Counted from the stretch's first letter, positions 1 to 9,191 are shown. The stretch: 47,034 bases of DNA from a virus (IMGVR_UViG_3300035670_000361:1-47034); one strand, 5' to 3'. A program made the numbers and translations. Notes: generated by a model not told the origin, from the letters alone.

Positions 1-197
1 CCGTGATCCGCTTGCCATCGTTGCCATCGTGTATACCGCGATCCACTACCATGGCATCTATAAGTTGATCCTGACCCTCCTGCCCTGACCGTTTATATCG
101 CGCCCCGCTCCGACCATGGACGGGGTGATTTTTTTATAGAGATGGCCCTAGGGGGTGGACCGGCTCCGTTCTATAGCCCCAAGGTTTTGGTCCACTA
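1..197. repeat. Left direct terminal repeat (197 bp)
   Basis: 1-197 matches 46838-47034 except A128 vs C46965. Confidence 0.95.
101..135 (+). terminator. Intrinsic terminator-like hairpin inside the terminal repeat
   Basis: CGCCCCG...CGGGGTG stem (one G-U pair) followed by T7; second copy at about 46937-46972. Confidence 0.6.
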
Positions 198-223
198 GCT
201 TCTCTTTAATCAGAGAAACGGTA

Positions 224-252
224 TTGACACTCTGTCATTCTGAACTTACAGT
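224..252 (+). promoter_or_regulatory. sigma70-type promoter
   Basis: TTGACA-17 nt-TACAGT, followed by GGAGG RBS and ATG at 272. Confidence 0.7.
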
Positions 253-271
253 GAGAAAAACGGAGGAAGTC

Positions 272-688
272 ATGGAACGCTGGGAAACTCAAGACCAAGC
301 TATTCGAGAGCTGCTGAGCTCCTGGGACACTATCGCCCAGAACAACTCCCAGGCTGCTCGCGCAAAAGCGATGCTGACACGAACTATCACGGTAGACTAC
401 GGCCCACTGACCCGAGAACAGGTCCAGCTTCTCCGGTTTATCGCCCTCGCCGATGGCATAAGTGCTAGGTCCAGGGGCATTACCAAGAAAGAGGCCTCGG
501 TATACCACCGCCTCGGTTTCATCACTATGGGCGTAAATGGCTACAGCAGCGATCAAATGGGGATCAGCCCTAAGGGGAAAGCCTACCTGGAGTCCATCGG
601 TGCGGCGACCTTCGGCAATCCTCTGTGGGATGATGAGTACTTTGCCGATCTCATGAAGACGAGGAGGTCGCTATTTCAAGAGGGCTGA
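272..688 (+). CDS. Hypothetical protein, possible C-terminal winged helix
   Basis: GGAGG RBS before ATG272 (preferred over the track start at 155); LTREQVQLL...ISPKGKAYLE resembles a wHTH. Confidence 0.6.
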   Translation: MERWETQDQAIRELLSSWDTIAQNNSQAARAKAMLTRTITVDYGPLTREQVQLLRFIALADGISARSRGITKKEASVYHRLGFITMGVNGYSSDQMGISPKGKAYLESIGAATFGNPLWDDEYFADLMKTRRSLFQEG

Positions 689-738
689 ACACTTCGCTGG
701 AGCAGGATATCCGGTATTACCATCAGCGGCACCCGCTG

Positions 739-921
739 GTGACAATTCTGGAGATAGCCGAGCTGTTCTCTACTCACCCGCAGACGGTAAGGAACGCTTG
801 CCCCGGCGGCAGTTTTGTCGACCAGCGTACAGAGAGCATACCAGGACACTATTCCACAGAAGACAATGCGGTGAAAGCTGCGTTCAGGAAGGTACTAGGA
901 AAGGACCCGTTTCATGATTGA
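739..921 (+). CDS. Small hypothetical protein with HTH-like N-terminus
   Basis: TILEIAELFSTHPQTVRN; overlaps the next start; weak RBS. Confidence 0.4.
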   Translation: MTILEIAELFSTHPQTVRNACPGGSFVDQRTESIPGHYSTEDNAVKAAFRKVLGKDPFHD

Positions 922-1261
922 CCGGACTATGATCCAGATGCTCAAGCAGGGGCAGTCGTTCTGGGCTGTCTACCCTACGATGCTGATGGCGAATGTGGGG
1001 TACTCTGAGCTCTTGTATAGCCGGGAGGCGGGTCAGTTCGACTTCGTGAAGGAGCGGATGGCGGTCTTGGTGAAGAGCACCAACCAGATGCAGGTGCCCG
1101 TGTTCGGCAGGTTCATCAGTCTGGACTCAGATCCTGCGATCACAGCGATCTCTAAAGCCATCATCTATTTCCCCTTCACCACGGCGGGGCATCCGTATGC
1201 CACCCGGTGGCTCGAGCAAGCTAAACTCATGGAGGGGCATCGTGTGGGGCAAGCTAACTGA
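914..1261 (+). CDS. Hypothetical protein
   Basis: AAGGA RBS; packed in the operon. Confidence 0.6.
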   Translation: MIDRTMIQMLKQGQSFWAVYPTMLMANVGYSELLYSREAGQFDFVKERMAVLVKSTNQMQVPVFGRFISLDSDPAITAISKAIIYFPFTTAGHPYATRWLEQAKLMEGHRVGQAN

Positions 1262-1535
1262 GCGGGTTCGCCACGCTCGGATTAAGGTAGCTGTGGCGGC
1301 CTGGGCCTATGAACACCAGCAACCTATCATGTCGGACAGTGCCTATGACTTTCTGGCTCAGCTGGTGCACGAGCAACGGCATATTGCGACCGGTGATCAT
1401 CGGCTAGACCGGTTCTTTCAGCGTCATTTCGACCCTGATACGGGTATTTGGGTGCATAAGCATCCCAATACGCAGGCGCTTGAGCGCATATACAACGCCT
1501 ATTATAGAGTCCAGCCCAGACGCCGACGCCGTTGA
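1242..1535 (+). CDS. Stand-alone protein resembling subdomain Ia of NAD+-dependent DNA ligase
   Basis: GGAGG RBS then GTG1242; AAWAYEHQQPIMSDSAYDFL resembles LigA YY..D.P.I.DAEYD.L. Confidence 0.6.
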   Translation: MWGKLTERVRHARIKVAVAAWAYEHQQPIMSDSAYDFLAQLVHEQRHIATGDHRLDRFFQRHFDPDTGIWVHKHPNTQALERIYNAYYRVQPRRRRR

Positions 1536-1560
1536 CAAACCGCACAAAACTCGGCACAAT
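1532..1560 (+). promoter_or_regulatory. sigma70-type promoter upstream of the packaging genes
   Basis: TTGACA-17 nt-CACAAT; AGGAG RBS before ATG1583. Confidence 0.65.
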
Positions 1561-1582
1561 GGCGTAACAGAGGAGACTCATT

Positions 1583-1804
1583 ATGGACATAGTCGAGAAT
1601 TTGAAGGCCCATGCGGCCAGCATCGCGCTGAAAGAGGTGAACCTCCGGAACCAAGATGGGGAGTTGGTGTCGAAGATGACGGACTGCTGCAGCATTGAGT
1701 TCGTTTTCATCTGCGGCCAGCGGTTCGTCCTGACCAAGGATGAGGCGAATACCCTCAATGGCTTCAAGTTCAAGGTGTGGAATGAAGAAGAAGCTCATCA
1801 ATGA
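1583..1804 (+). CDS. Hypothetical protein (73 aa)
   Basis: Own promoter and strong RBS. Confidence 0.65.
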   Translation: MDIVENLKAHAASIALKEVNLRNQDGELVSKMTDCCSIEFVFICGQRFVLTKDEANTLNGFKFKVWNEEEAHQ

Positions 1805-2360
1805 CCCCCTTGCCCCGACGAAGCACAGGATCAGGCTGCCGTCCGGAAAGAAGCTCACCCTCAAGCGCAAGCAACTCTATGACAAGGGTCGGTTTGATAC
1901 CGAAATGCGAGAGCAGTACCTGGCGCTCATCCGTGAAGGGGTGACGAACAAGGATGCTGCAGCTGCCTGTGGTTGCGGGACCAAGTACTTCCAGCGCCGG
2001 CGTGCCGAAGATCCGGAGTTCGAGGCTGACTACCAAGCCGCGAGGGCCGATGGCGATGATGTGATCCGCGCCGAGGTCCACAGACGAGGGGTCAAGGGCG
2101 TCAAACGAGCGATCTATCACGATGGCAAAGTCGTCGGCCACAAGCAGGAGTACAGTGACCAGCTCCTCATGTTCTTGGCGAAGAGCCGGATGCCTGCTGA
2201 GTTCGGCGACAGGCAAACGGTGGACCATGTTCACAAGTTCGAGGGTGCGGCAGAGGCACTCATGGGCAAGATCGGCAACATACTCGGCGTCAAAGTGCCC
2301 TCCCTGCCACCTCGCAACCCTGACTTGATCATCGAGGGCGATTACGAGGTGAAGGAATGA
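1782..2360 (+). CDS. terS: Terminase small subunit
   Basis: HTH (NKDAAAACG), DPEFEADY...EVHRRG...EYSDQLLMFL motifs; lies upstream of terL; ATG1782 inferred as start. Confidence 0.75.
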   Translation: MKKKLINDPLAPTKHRIRLPSGKKLTLKRKQLYDKGRFDTEMREQYLALIREGVTNKDAAAACGCGTKYFQRRRAEDPEFEADYQAARADGDDVIRAEVHRRGVKGVKRAIYHDGKVVGHKQEYSDQLLMFLAKSRMPAEFGDRQTVDHVHKFEGAAEALMGKIGNILGVKVPSLPPRNPDLIIEGDYEVKE

Positions 2361-2512
2361 TCCGTAAGTTACTATGTGCTCTTGGGCGCCATCAATGGCG
2401 ACAGGCACCCTATGGAGAGAGGATTAGGCGCAACCTGTGCTACACTCCTTTCTACATCTGGCAGTGCCCGTGCTGTGGCAAAGAGGAAGTGACTTCGGAG
2501 GTGAAGGAATGA
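2357..2512 (+). CDS. 51-aa Cys/His zinc-finger-like protein (below the ORF-track cutoff)
   Basis: MIRKLLCALGRHQW...WQCPCCGKEEVTSEVKE; ATGA overlaps at both ends. Confidence 0.7.
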   Translation: MIRKLLCALGRHQWRQAPYGERIRRNLCYTPFYIWQCPCCGKEEVTSEVKE

Positions 2513-3852
2513 GCCTTGCCAACCTCAATCTCCATGAATTGAAGAAGCACGTTGATCCCGAGCAGCTTATCAAGCTATTCTCCTCTCTCACCGATGAAGA
2601 GGCCACGCTGCTCCAGTATCAGTGGACCTTCTGGGCAAGACCCCAGCAGCTATTGCCTCAACTCGAGGGGTCAACGTGGCTGACATGGCTAATTCTTGCG
2701 GGTCGCGGCTTCGGGAAGACTCGGAGCGGCGCTGAGGCTGTTCGTGACCTTGTGGAGAAATACAAGTACCGGCGAATTGCTCTGGTTGCCGAAGATGCGG
2801 GAGACGCCCGGGAGGTTATGGTTGAAGGCGAGAGTGGGATCATGAGTGTCTGCCCTCCTTGGAACAGGCCGAACTATGAACCGTCGAAGAAGAGGCTTAC
2901 TTGGCCCAACGGAGCGCGAGCTACGATCTTCTCGGCGGATGATCCGGAGGCACTGAGGGGTCCGCAACATGACGCAGCGTGGTTGGATGAACTTTGCAAG
3001 TGGCGGTATCAGCAAGAGGCCTGGGATCAGCTTCAATTTGGACTTAGACTCGGAAGAAGGCCTGTCCAGATTGTTACTACCACGCCCAAACCTACCAAAC
3101 TGCTCAAAGAGATTGTCGCCCGAAAATCCACCCTCATCACAAAGGGCCATACCTACGACAATCTCGATAACCTTGCCGAGACCTTCCGGGAAGCCATTGT
3201 GTCTCGATATGAGGGTACTCGACTTGGTCGCCAAGAACTTTCGGCCGAGATCCTGGACGATAACCCACATGCTCTGTTCCATCAGGGCTTGATTGACGCC
3301 AATCGCTACAAGAAAGCTGATGTCCCTGAGGATCTTCACATGACGGTTATCGGGGTGGACCCACCGGCGACTGGCAATGCTACATCAGACGAATGCGGCA
3401 TCATCACGGTCAGTCGAGACATTCCGAATACCAACCATGCTCACTTCTACGTTCACGATGACAGCACGGTACAGGGCCGTAGTCCGGAAGGATGGGCTGC
3501 AATGGCGGTCTCTCAATACTACAAGTGGCAGGCTAATGCGATCATTGCAGAGGTCAATAACGGCGGGGACATGGTTGAGAGCGTGATCAAAGGGGTGGAT
3601 CCCACAGTCAAGGTTATCAAGGTCCGTGCCTCGAAGGGCAAGTGGATCCGTGCTGAGCCGATTGCCGGCTTGTACGAGCAGAACCGGGTCCATCATGTCG
3701 GCAGCTTCTCGACTCTCGAAGACCAAATGTGTGACTTCGACCCATCGGGTACTGTGGAAGGCAAGTCTCCCGACCGGATGGATGCCCTTGTGTGGGCTCT
3801 GGCCGAATTGAGCAACCGCAAGCAATCCGAGCCGCGTATTCGCCAGCTCTAA
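2509..3852 (+). CDS. terL: Terminase large subunit (GTA g2-like)
   Basis: Walker A AGRGFGKT, LRGPQHDAAWLDE, nuclease motifs IGVDPP and SPDRMDALVW. Confidence 0.97.
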   Translation: MSLANLNLHELKKHVDPEQLIKLFSSLTDEEATLLQYQWTFWARPQQLLPQLEGSTWLTWLILAGRGFGKTRSGAEAVRDLVEKYKYRRIALVAEDAGDAREVMVEGESGIMSVCPPWNRPNYEPSKKRLTWPNGARATIFSADDPEALRGPQHDAAWLDELCKWRYQQEAWDQLQFGLRLGRRPVQIVTTTPKPTKLLKEIVARKSTLITKGHTYDNLDNLAETFREAIVSRYEGTRLGRQELSAEILDDNPHALFHQGLIDANRYKKADVPEDLHMTVIGVDPPATGNATSDECGIITVSRDIPNTNHAHFYVHDDSTVQGRSPEGWAAMAVSQYYKWQANAIIAEVNNGGDMVESVIKGVDPTVKVIKVRASKGKWIRAEPIAGLYEQNRVHHVGSFSTLEDQMCDFDPSGTVEGKSPDRMDALVWALAELSNRKQSEPRIRQL

Positions 3853-3888
3853 CATCATATAACGTGCGTAACGTAAGCCGCAATTGTG

Positions 3889-3917
3889 TTGACGACATAC
3901 TGAGGGCATGGTATACT
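3889..3917 (+). promoter_or_regulatory. Strong sigma70-type promoter between terL and the head genes
   Basis: TTGACG-17 nt-TATACT with extended -10 TG. Confidence 0.75.
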
Positions 3918-3952
3918 CCCGGCAATTCCTTGTCAGGATCAGGAGTAATCCC

Positions 3953-4210
3953 ATGAATTCCATCGCTCGTCGCCGCGGAACCACGAATTCGCCGGACATC
4001 TACGGCGCTGTGACCGAAGATACAGTCTTTACCCATGGGGGTCAGACCTACACTGCCCGGGGGATCGTGGCTGATGCAGACGGGACCATCGGCGTCACCT
4101 TGGAGGATGGCACTACGATGGCTTCGAAGATGGTCTTCAAAGGGGTGAACATCTTCCGCTGTACCAAGGTTCAGGACGTGAACGGCCGAACCCTGGAATG
4201 GTTCGCCTGA
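3953..4210 (+). CDS. Putative head-spike base protein (RcGTA Rcc01079-like)
   Basis: 85 aa; AGGAG RBS; beta-rich TARGIVADADGTIGVTLEDG...IFRCTKV pattern resembles the spike-base family. Confidence 0.5.
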   Translation: MNSIARRRGTTNSPDIYGAVTEDTVFTHGGQTYTARGIVADADGTIGVTLEDGTTMASKMVFKGVNIFRCTKVQDVNGRTLEWFA

Positions 4211-4231
4211 GCCGACAAGGAGAGTTGAATT

Positions 4232-5785
4232 ATGCTTGGTATGGAGATCGGTCCCTGGCTTGATGAACTAAAGACTATTGATGCGGGGAATGGCTACGGC
4301 ACTTCGACTTCTCGTTATTCATTTGCCGCCACTCGGTTAAGGTTTCCCACCATTCAAAGAGCCGGTCACGTTACCAACACTTTCTATATCGGCGAGTTTG
4401 TCTTTGCCAGTCCAGACTACGCTGTCACGGATCCCCGGTTCGCCTTCCCCACTTTCTACAGCCCGTTTGCCGGGGGTGAGACCGCTGTGGCCAATAACAT
4501 TACCATCGAGGGCGTGTCTATCGAGGTAGGCGGTACATGGTATGAGGCTCCCCCGGCGTCCTTCCCTGTGGTTATGGATCCAGCTCTGGTCCCAGGTGCG
4601 CTTCTTGCGGCAATCCCTGTTACTATCCCTGCCAACACACTCGTCACTGGGCGAGTGGCCTACACCTTCACAGGGAATTTGCCAACTGTCACCCCAAATA
4701 CTGCGATAGGACTCGGCGAAGGCAATATCGGCTCAACTTCAAGTCTTGCCGCCAAGTTGATGGATGGTAGTGCCGTTGGTAATTCAGCCGGCCACTCCGA
4801 CGTATATGCACCTTGCTTTATGGTGGCAAAAGGAGGGGATGGGAGACCCTCCTTTATCATTGTAGGGGATAGTATCGGCTACGGACAAACTTCTTCACCA
4901 GCCCAACTGTCAAGTGCCCGTGGTGAGAGCGGATACATCCCACGGGGTTTGGACGACAACGCTACCTCCCTCAGGTTGGCCTATTCCAACTTCTGCATCC
5001 CGGGGCAAAATCCAATTCAGTGGAAAACTCGAGCTAATTGGGCGAAGAAGTTGGACTTGCTGAAGATGGTCTACGACCAACATGGCGCCTGGCCCTTCGA
5101 TCAGGTGATCAGCCAGCACGGCACTAATTCCTCCACCGCTACCTATCTGGGGGCGGGCAATCTTAGAGAGAGCATGGAGACCTATTTCTCCCTGATTACC
5201 ACAGAGTGGGGCAAGCCGATTACGCAAGTCGAGATACTCGCTCGCCCAACTTCAACAGACGGATATGCTACGCTGGTCAATCAATCAGTGTCCATCTCAG
5301 CTGACTATCCCACCGGCACACTTTGGCTCTTCAATGCCGACATGGGTGGGGCGAATGGATTGGGTGACCCGGCAGCCTACTTCCGCGCCGGAGGCTATAT
5401 CGAAGACAGTATCGCTCCCTGGCGTTACGGGTCTTATGATTTGATCAATGAACGAGATAAGTTGGCAATCAGACCTTTTAGTACCACCGTCGCCTCAGCC
5501 TATACTAGCGGATCAACCATCAGCCTAACAGCTGCCCCAACACTGGGAGAGGCACTTGCCATCGGAAATACCAGTCCCTTCTATTGCTATGTAACAGCTG
5601 TTACGGGCTCCGGCCCTTATACAGTAAGTTTCGTACAGACTGGATCGACAAAGGCCATTTCCGCAGGGGAGACGGCCCGTGCAGTGCCTCATGACAGTTC
5701 GGGCTTACATCCTTCACCTCTGGCGGAAGTGGCCATCTATGCCGCCGCTATCGTGGATTGGAAGATCGCACGAGGCTGGGTATAA
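4232..5785 (+). CDS. SGNH/GDSL hydrolase-domain virion protein, putative head fibre
   Basis: Block I VGDSIGYG, block III HGTNS, block V GLHPS; beta-rich N-terminal part. Confidence 0.75.
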   Translation: MLGMEIGPWLDELKTIDAGNGYGTSTSRYSFAATRLRFPTIQRAGHVTNTFYIGEFVFASPDYAVTDPRFAFPTFYSPFAGGETAVANNITIEGVSIEVGGTWYEAPPASFPVVMDPALVPGALLAAIPVTIPANTLVTGRVAYTFTGNLPTVTPNTAIGLGEGNIGSTSSLAAKLMDGSAVGNSAGHSDVYAPCFMVAKGGDGRPSFIIVGDSIGYGQTSSPAQLSSARGESGYIPRGLDDNATSLRLAYSNFCIPGQNPIQWKTRANWAKKLDLLKMVYDQHGAWPFDQVISQHGTNSSTATYLGAGNLRESMETYFSLITTEWGKPITQVEILARPTSTDGYATLVNQSVSISADYPTGTLWLFNADMGGANGLGDPAAYFRAGGYIEDSIAPWRYGSYDLINERDKLAIRPFSTTVASAYTSGSTISLTAAPTLGEALAIGNTSPFYCYVTAVTGSGPYTVSFVQTGSTKAISAGETARAVPHDSSGLHPSPLAEVAIYAAAIVDWKIARGWV

Positions 5786-5802
5786 TTCTAGGGAGTTAAA
5801 GG

Positions 5803-7092
5803 ATGTCACCAAAGATGATGACAAAGGCCTCCAAAACGGGACAGTCCCTCTACCTTCAAACCATGGGAAGACCCGCCTGGACGCCGAGGGACTACGCTGC
5901 ACTTTCCAGGGAGAGCTACCAGATGAATGCGGTGTCTTACCGCTGTGTTCGTCTGGTAGCTGAGGCCGCCGCTCAAATGCCCTTCTTGGTTCGTGAAGGC
6001 GGCAAGGAGATGGAGACTCACCCTTTCCTGGATCTGATCAAGCGACCCAACCCCTTCGAGTCTCGTCAGGAGCTCCTGGTTCGTCTCTACTCCTTCCTGA
6101 TGCTGGCAGGCAACGCCTATCTCGAGCCCAACATCCTCGACCAAAAAGTTCGGGAGCTCTTCGTCCTGCGCCCGGATCGAATGAAGGTGGTTCCAGGGCC
6201 CAAGGGCTATCCGGTGAAGTACATCTACCAAGTGGGTCAAAAGTCAGTGGAGTTCCAGGTACCCTCGAAGACCGGGGATCAGCTGCCCATCCTTCATATC
6301 AAGGAATTTCACCCGACCGATGACCACTACGGCATGTCCCCTGTGGAGGCTGCGGCCTACAGCATCGACGTCCACAACCAGTCCAACGTCTTCAGCAAAG
6401 CCCTGCTCGACAACATGGCAAGACCTTCGGGAGCTCTTGTCTATTCGGGCGGCGAGTCGGGCACCGAAGCTCTGAGTGATGAGCAATTCACCCGACTCAA
6501 GAAAGAACTTGAGGAGAGGTATCAGGGGGCCAAGAACGCCGGCCGCCCCCTTCTACTCGATGGGGGGCTGGACTGGAAAGAGATGTCGCTGGCACCCAAA
6601 GACATGGAGTATAGTGAAGCCAAGCAGCAATCGGCTCGAGATATCGCCTTGTCTTTCGGTGTGCCCCCCCAGCTTCTGGGCATTCCGGGGGACAATACTT
6701 ACACCAACTACAGTCAGGCGGTTCGTGCCCTCTATCGTCAAACTGTCATCCCGCTCGTCACCCATGTCTGTGGGGATCTGACCAACTTCTTCATGCCCAC
6801 TTACGGCGAGGATTTTGAGGTCATCACGGATCTCGACAGTCTTGAGGCCTTGGCCGATGAACGCAAGGAACTGTGGGATCGTGTCGAGAAGTCGACCGTT
6901 ATCACACTCGATGAGAAGCGCGAGGCCCTCGGTTATGATAAGGCGAAGGACCGCAAAGTCGGCCAGGCGATCTGGGCACCCATGAACGAGATGCCCCGCA
7001 ATGCCGATAGGCCCGACCCGGGCACGGGCAAGGAGCCTTCATCGGATGACCCCTTTGATGAAGAGGACGACGCTGGAGGTGGTAACGCCTGA
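5803..7092 (+). CDS. Portal protein (HK97/GTA g3 family)
   Basis: WTPRDYAALSRE, HPTDDHYGMSP, ARPSGALVY, NAGRPLLLDGGLDWK, GVPPQLLGIPGDNTY. Confidence 0.97.
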   Translation: MSPKMMTKASKTGQSLYLQTMGRPAWTPRDYAALSRESYQMNAVSYRCVRLVAEAAAQMPFLVREGGKEMETHPFLDLIKRPNPFESRQELLVRLYSFLMLAGNAYLEPNILDQKVRELFVLRPDRMKVVPGPKGYPVKYIYQVGQKSVEFQVPSKTGDQLPILHIKEFHPTDDHYGMSPVEAAAYSIDVHNQSNVFSKALLDNMARPSGALVYSGGESGTEALSDEQFTRLKKELEERYQGAKNAGRPLLLDGGLDWKEMSLAPKDMEYSEAKQQSARDIALSFGVPPQLLGIPGDNTYTNYSQAVRALYRQTVIPLVTHVCGDLTNFFMPTYGEDFEVITDLDSLEALADERKELWDRVEKSTVITLDEKREALGYDKAKDRKVGQAIWAPMNEMPRNADRPDPGTGKEPSSDDPFDEEDDAGGGNA

Positions 7093-7811
7093 TGCTTGAA
7101 GAGCAGCACGTCATATCGAGCCAGTTGCTCATGCGCTACGAACAGCGTATGTTCCAGCGCATTTATGCGTTGAACGTAGCGCTGGCTCGACACATTGACG
7201 CTCGCTGGACCCTTCAGCCTCAGTCGATGATCAACCTAGCAGTCCTGGAATGGCGTATAGACCTGGAAGGGGCTATCTATCGGTTTCAGGAGCTTGTGGT
7301 CCGAGAGGGTATGTCTCATATCTTCCGGCTCATGAGTCAGAAGAATGATGAGCTTGAGTTCCTTCTAAACTTCATTCGTCCCGAGCTTCGCCGCTACTCT
7401 CAACAAAGAGCCGCTCTGATCGAGGATTTCCTTCGCCGGCGAATTACTGCGGAACTTGCCTCGGGAGAGACCCCCATGCAAATTCGGCAGAATATCGTGG
7501 CCATCCTGTCTACTAAGAACTACGCCCTTCGAATTGCCCGTACAGAGGTTCACACAGCTCTTGAGCGGGGGGCCTGGGAGGCGGCCAATTCTCTGGGAGT
7601 TCGGATCACCAAGAAATGGGTATCTCGAGAAGACCTAGTTGTGAGGTTCGCCCATGCCTTAGCCCATGGTCAAATACGAGAGCTGAATGCCCCTTTCAAG
7701 GTAGGAGGCGAGAGCATGATGTATCCGGGAGATCCATCGGCCTCCGCCAAGAACAATGTAAACTGCCGATGCACAGTCCACTATGAACTGGGAGGTCGAT
7801 TTGCCGGATAA
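7092..7811 (+). CDS. Minor head protein (Mu gpF/SPP1 gp7-like)
   Basis: RIARTE, KKW...VRFAH...HGQ, YPGDP...NCRC. Confidence 0.85.
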   Translation: MLEEQHVISSQLLMRYEQRMFQRIYALNVALARHIDARWTLQPQSMINLAVLEWRIDLEGAIYRFQELVVREGMSHIFRLMSQKNDELEFLLNFIRPELRRYSQQRAALIEDFLRRRITAELASGETPMQIRQNIVAILSTKNYALRIARTEVHTALERGAWEAANSLGVRITKKWVSREDLVVRFAHALAHGQIRELNAPFKVGGESMMYPGDPSASAKNNVNCRCTVHYELGGRFAG

Positions 7812-8043
7812 CACCAAACTTGAGGACCGGATCCAGAGTCTGGAGACGTGGCGAACCACCGTCGACCGTGAACGTGCGGTGGAGGGTGTTCGGGGAGAGC
7901 ATTCCAATCAGCGATTTGATAGCATCGAAAAGAGGCTAGATCGCATTGACAGCCACATAGGACGAGTAGTGTGGCTGATCGTTACTGCCATCATCACTGC
8001 AGCGATGGCTTTTCTCGTCTCAGGAGGCTTCCATGCCAGCTAA
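7801..8043 (+). CDS. Small coiled-coil plus C-terminal TM protein (XhlA-like / GTA g3.5-like)
   Basis: GGAGG then TTG7801; RFDSIEKRLDRID coil followed by a hydrophobic helix. Confidence 0.6.
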   Translation: MPDNTKLEDRIQSLETWRTTVDRERAVEGVRGEHSNQRFDSIEKRLDRIDSHIGRVVWLIVTAIITAAMAFLVSGGFHAS

Positions 8044-8440
8044 GAGACTAACCCATGCTGTACTATCCGACCTGGGGATAGCCGTACTCACCCTATTTCT
8101 TGCTCTCCCCTGGTTTGCTACTTTCGAGTCTATCGTCTTTCCCATCGTCTCAAAAATGCAGTTCGTCCAATCCAAGCCCGTCGAGGAAGGACTGGAAGTC
8201 TATGTCCAGTTCGAGAAGTACAGAAGTTGCGAATTCATTGGCATCACCTTCAAGCAGGGCTATGATCGGATCCGAGTTGACTTCCCAGCCGAGGACGAGA
8301 ACCAGCCCAAATCCAGACCAAAGGGTGAATGGGTCACGGGCCCCTGGGTTCTCCACACTGGTTCGCTGGAAGGAATAGAGGTGGTCGTCGAGCACCGGTG
8401 CCACCTCCTGTGGCCTGTCTTCACCCAACTCTACCCTTAA
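8033..8440 (+). CDS. Hypothetical membrane-anchored protein
   Basis: N-terminal hydrophobic segment; AGGAGG RBS. Confidence 0.65.
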   Translation: MPAKRLTHAVLSDLGIAVLTLFLALPWFATFESIVFPIVSKMQFVQSKPVEEGLEVYVQFEKYRSCEFIGITFKQGYDRIRVDFPAEDENQPKSRPKGEWVTGPWVLHTGSLEGIEVVVEHRCHLLWPVFTQLYP

Positions 8441-8476
8441 CTAAACTCAGAACCCCCAACATTAATGGGGGCCCTA

Positions 8477-8505
8477 TTGAATAAAACGGACAACTGGCTT
8501 ATGAT
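8477..8505 (+). promoter_or_regulatory. Promoter for protease and capsid genes
   Basis: TTGAAT-17 nt-TATGAT; AAGGA RBS before ATG8529. Confidence 0.6.
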
Positions 8506-8528
8506 ACGCCCAGAAAGGAAAGCCGATC

Positions 8529-9191
8529 ATGACCACCAACACTGAACAGAAGTTTTCCCCACTGGACCTCAAGGAGGTTTCCGAAGAGGGCGTGTTTGAG
8601 GGCTATGCTTCAAAATTCGGTGACCGCGATCAAGGCGGTGACACGGTTATGAAGGGCGCCTTCAAGAATTCCCTGAGGATCCGCTCCTCGAAGTCGATCA
8701 AGATGCTCTGGCAGCATGACTCCTCCTATCCCATCGGGATCTGGGAGAAAGTCGAAGAGGACAGCACAGGCCTCCATGTCAGGGGTCGACTTCTTACCTC
8801 CGTCCCCAAAGCGAAGGAGGTCTATGAACTGATGAAGGCCGGGATCATCGACGGCCTCTCAATCGGCTACCGCACGATCAAGGCTCTTCGAGACGACGCT
8901 ACTGGCACTCGTCAACTGAAGGAACTTGATCTGTGGGAGATCTCGCTGGTCACTTTCCCGATGCTGACCTCAGCCACCGTTACCTCGGTGAAAGGCGATT
9001 GGACCAAACGAGACGTGGAACGTGTACTGCGAGACGCAGGCATGCCCAACGCAATGGCTGTGAAGTTGATTGCGGGCGGCTGGGATGCTGCCAATACCGC
9101 CGGCGGACAGGGCGACCCTGACGACGGGCTCAATGATCTGGCCAGACAGTTGGCTCAGATGAACGAAACCCTGAAACGGAGACTGTCATGA
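8529..9191 (+). CDS. Prohead protease (HK97 family)
   Basis: FEGYAS, MLWQHD, DGLSIGY, LWEISLVTFP. Confidence 0.97.
   Translation: MTTNTEQKFSPLDLKEVSEEGVFEGYASKFGDRDQGGDTVMKGAFKNSLRIRSSKSIKMLWQHDSSYPIGIWEKVEEDSTGLHVRGRLLTSVPKAKEVYELMKAGIIDGLSIGYRTIKALRDDATGTRQLKELDLWEISLVTFPMLTSATVTSVKGDWTKRDVERVLRDAGMPNAMAVKLIAGGWDAANTAGGQGDPDDGLNDLARQLAQMNETLKRRLS

Noticed and set aside
12-29. TTGCCATCG tandem duplication in the terminal repeat
   Set aside because: Only two copies; explained by the LAIVAIV codons of the small ORF or by chance
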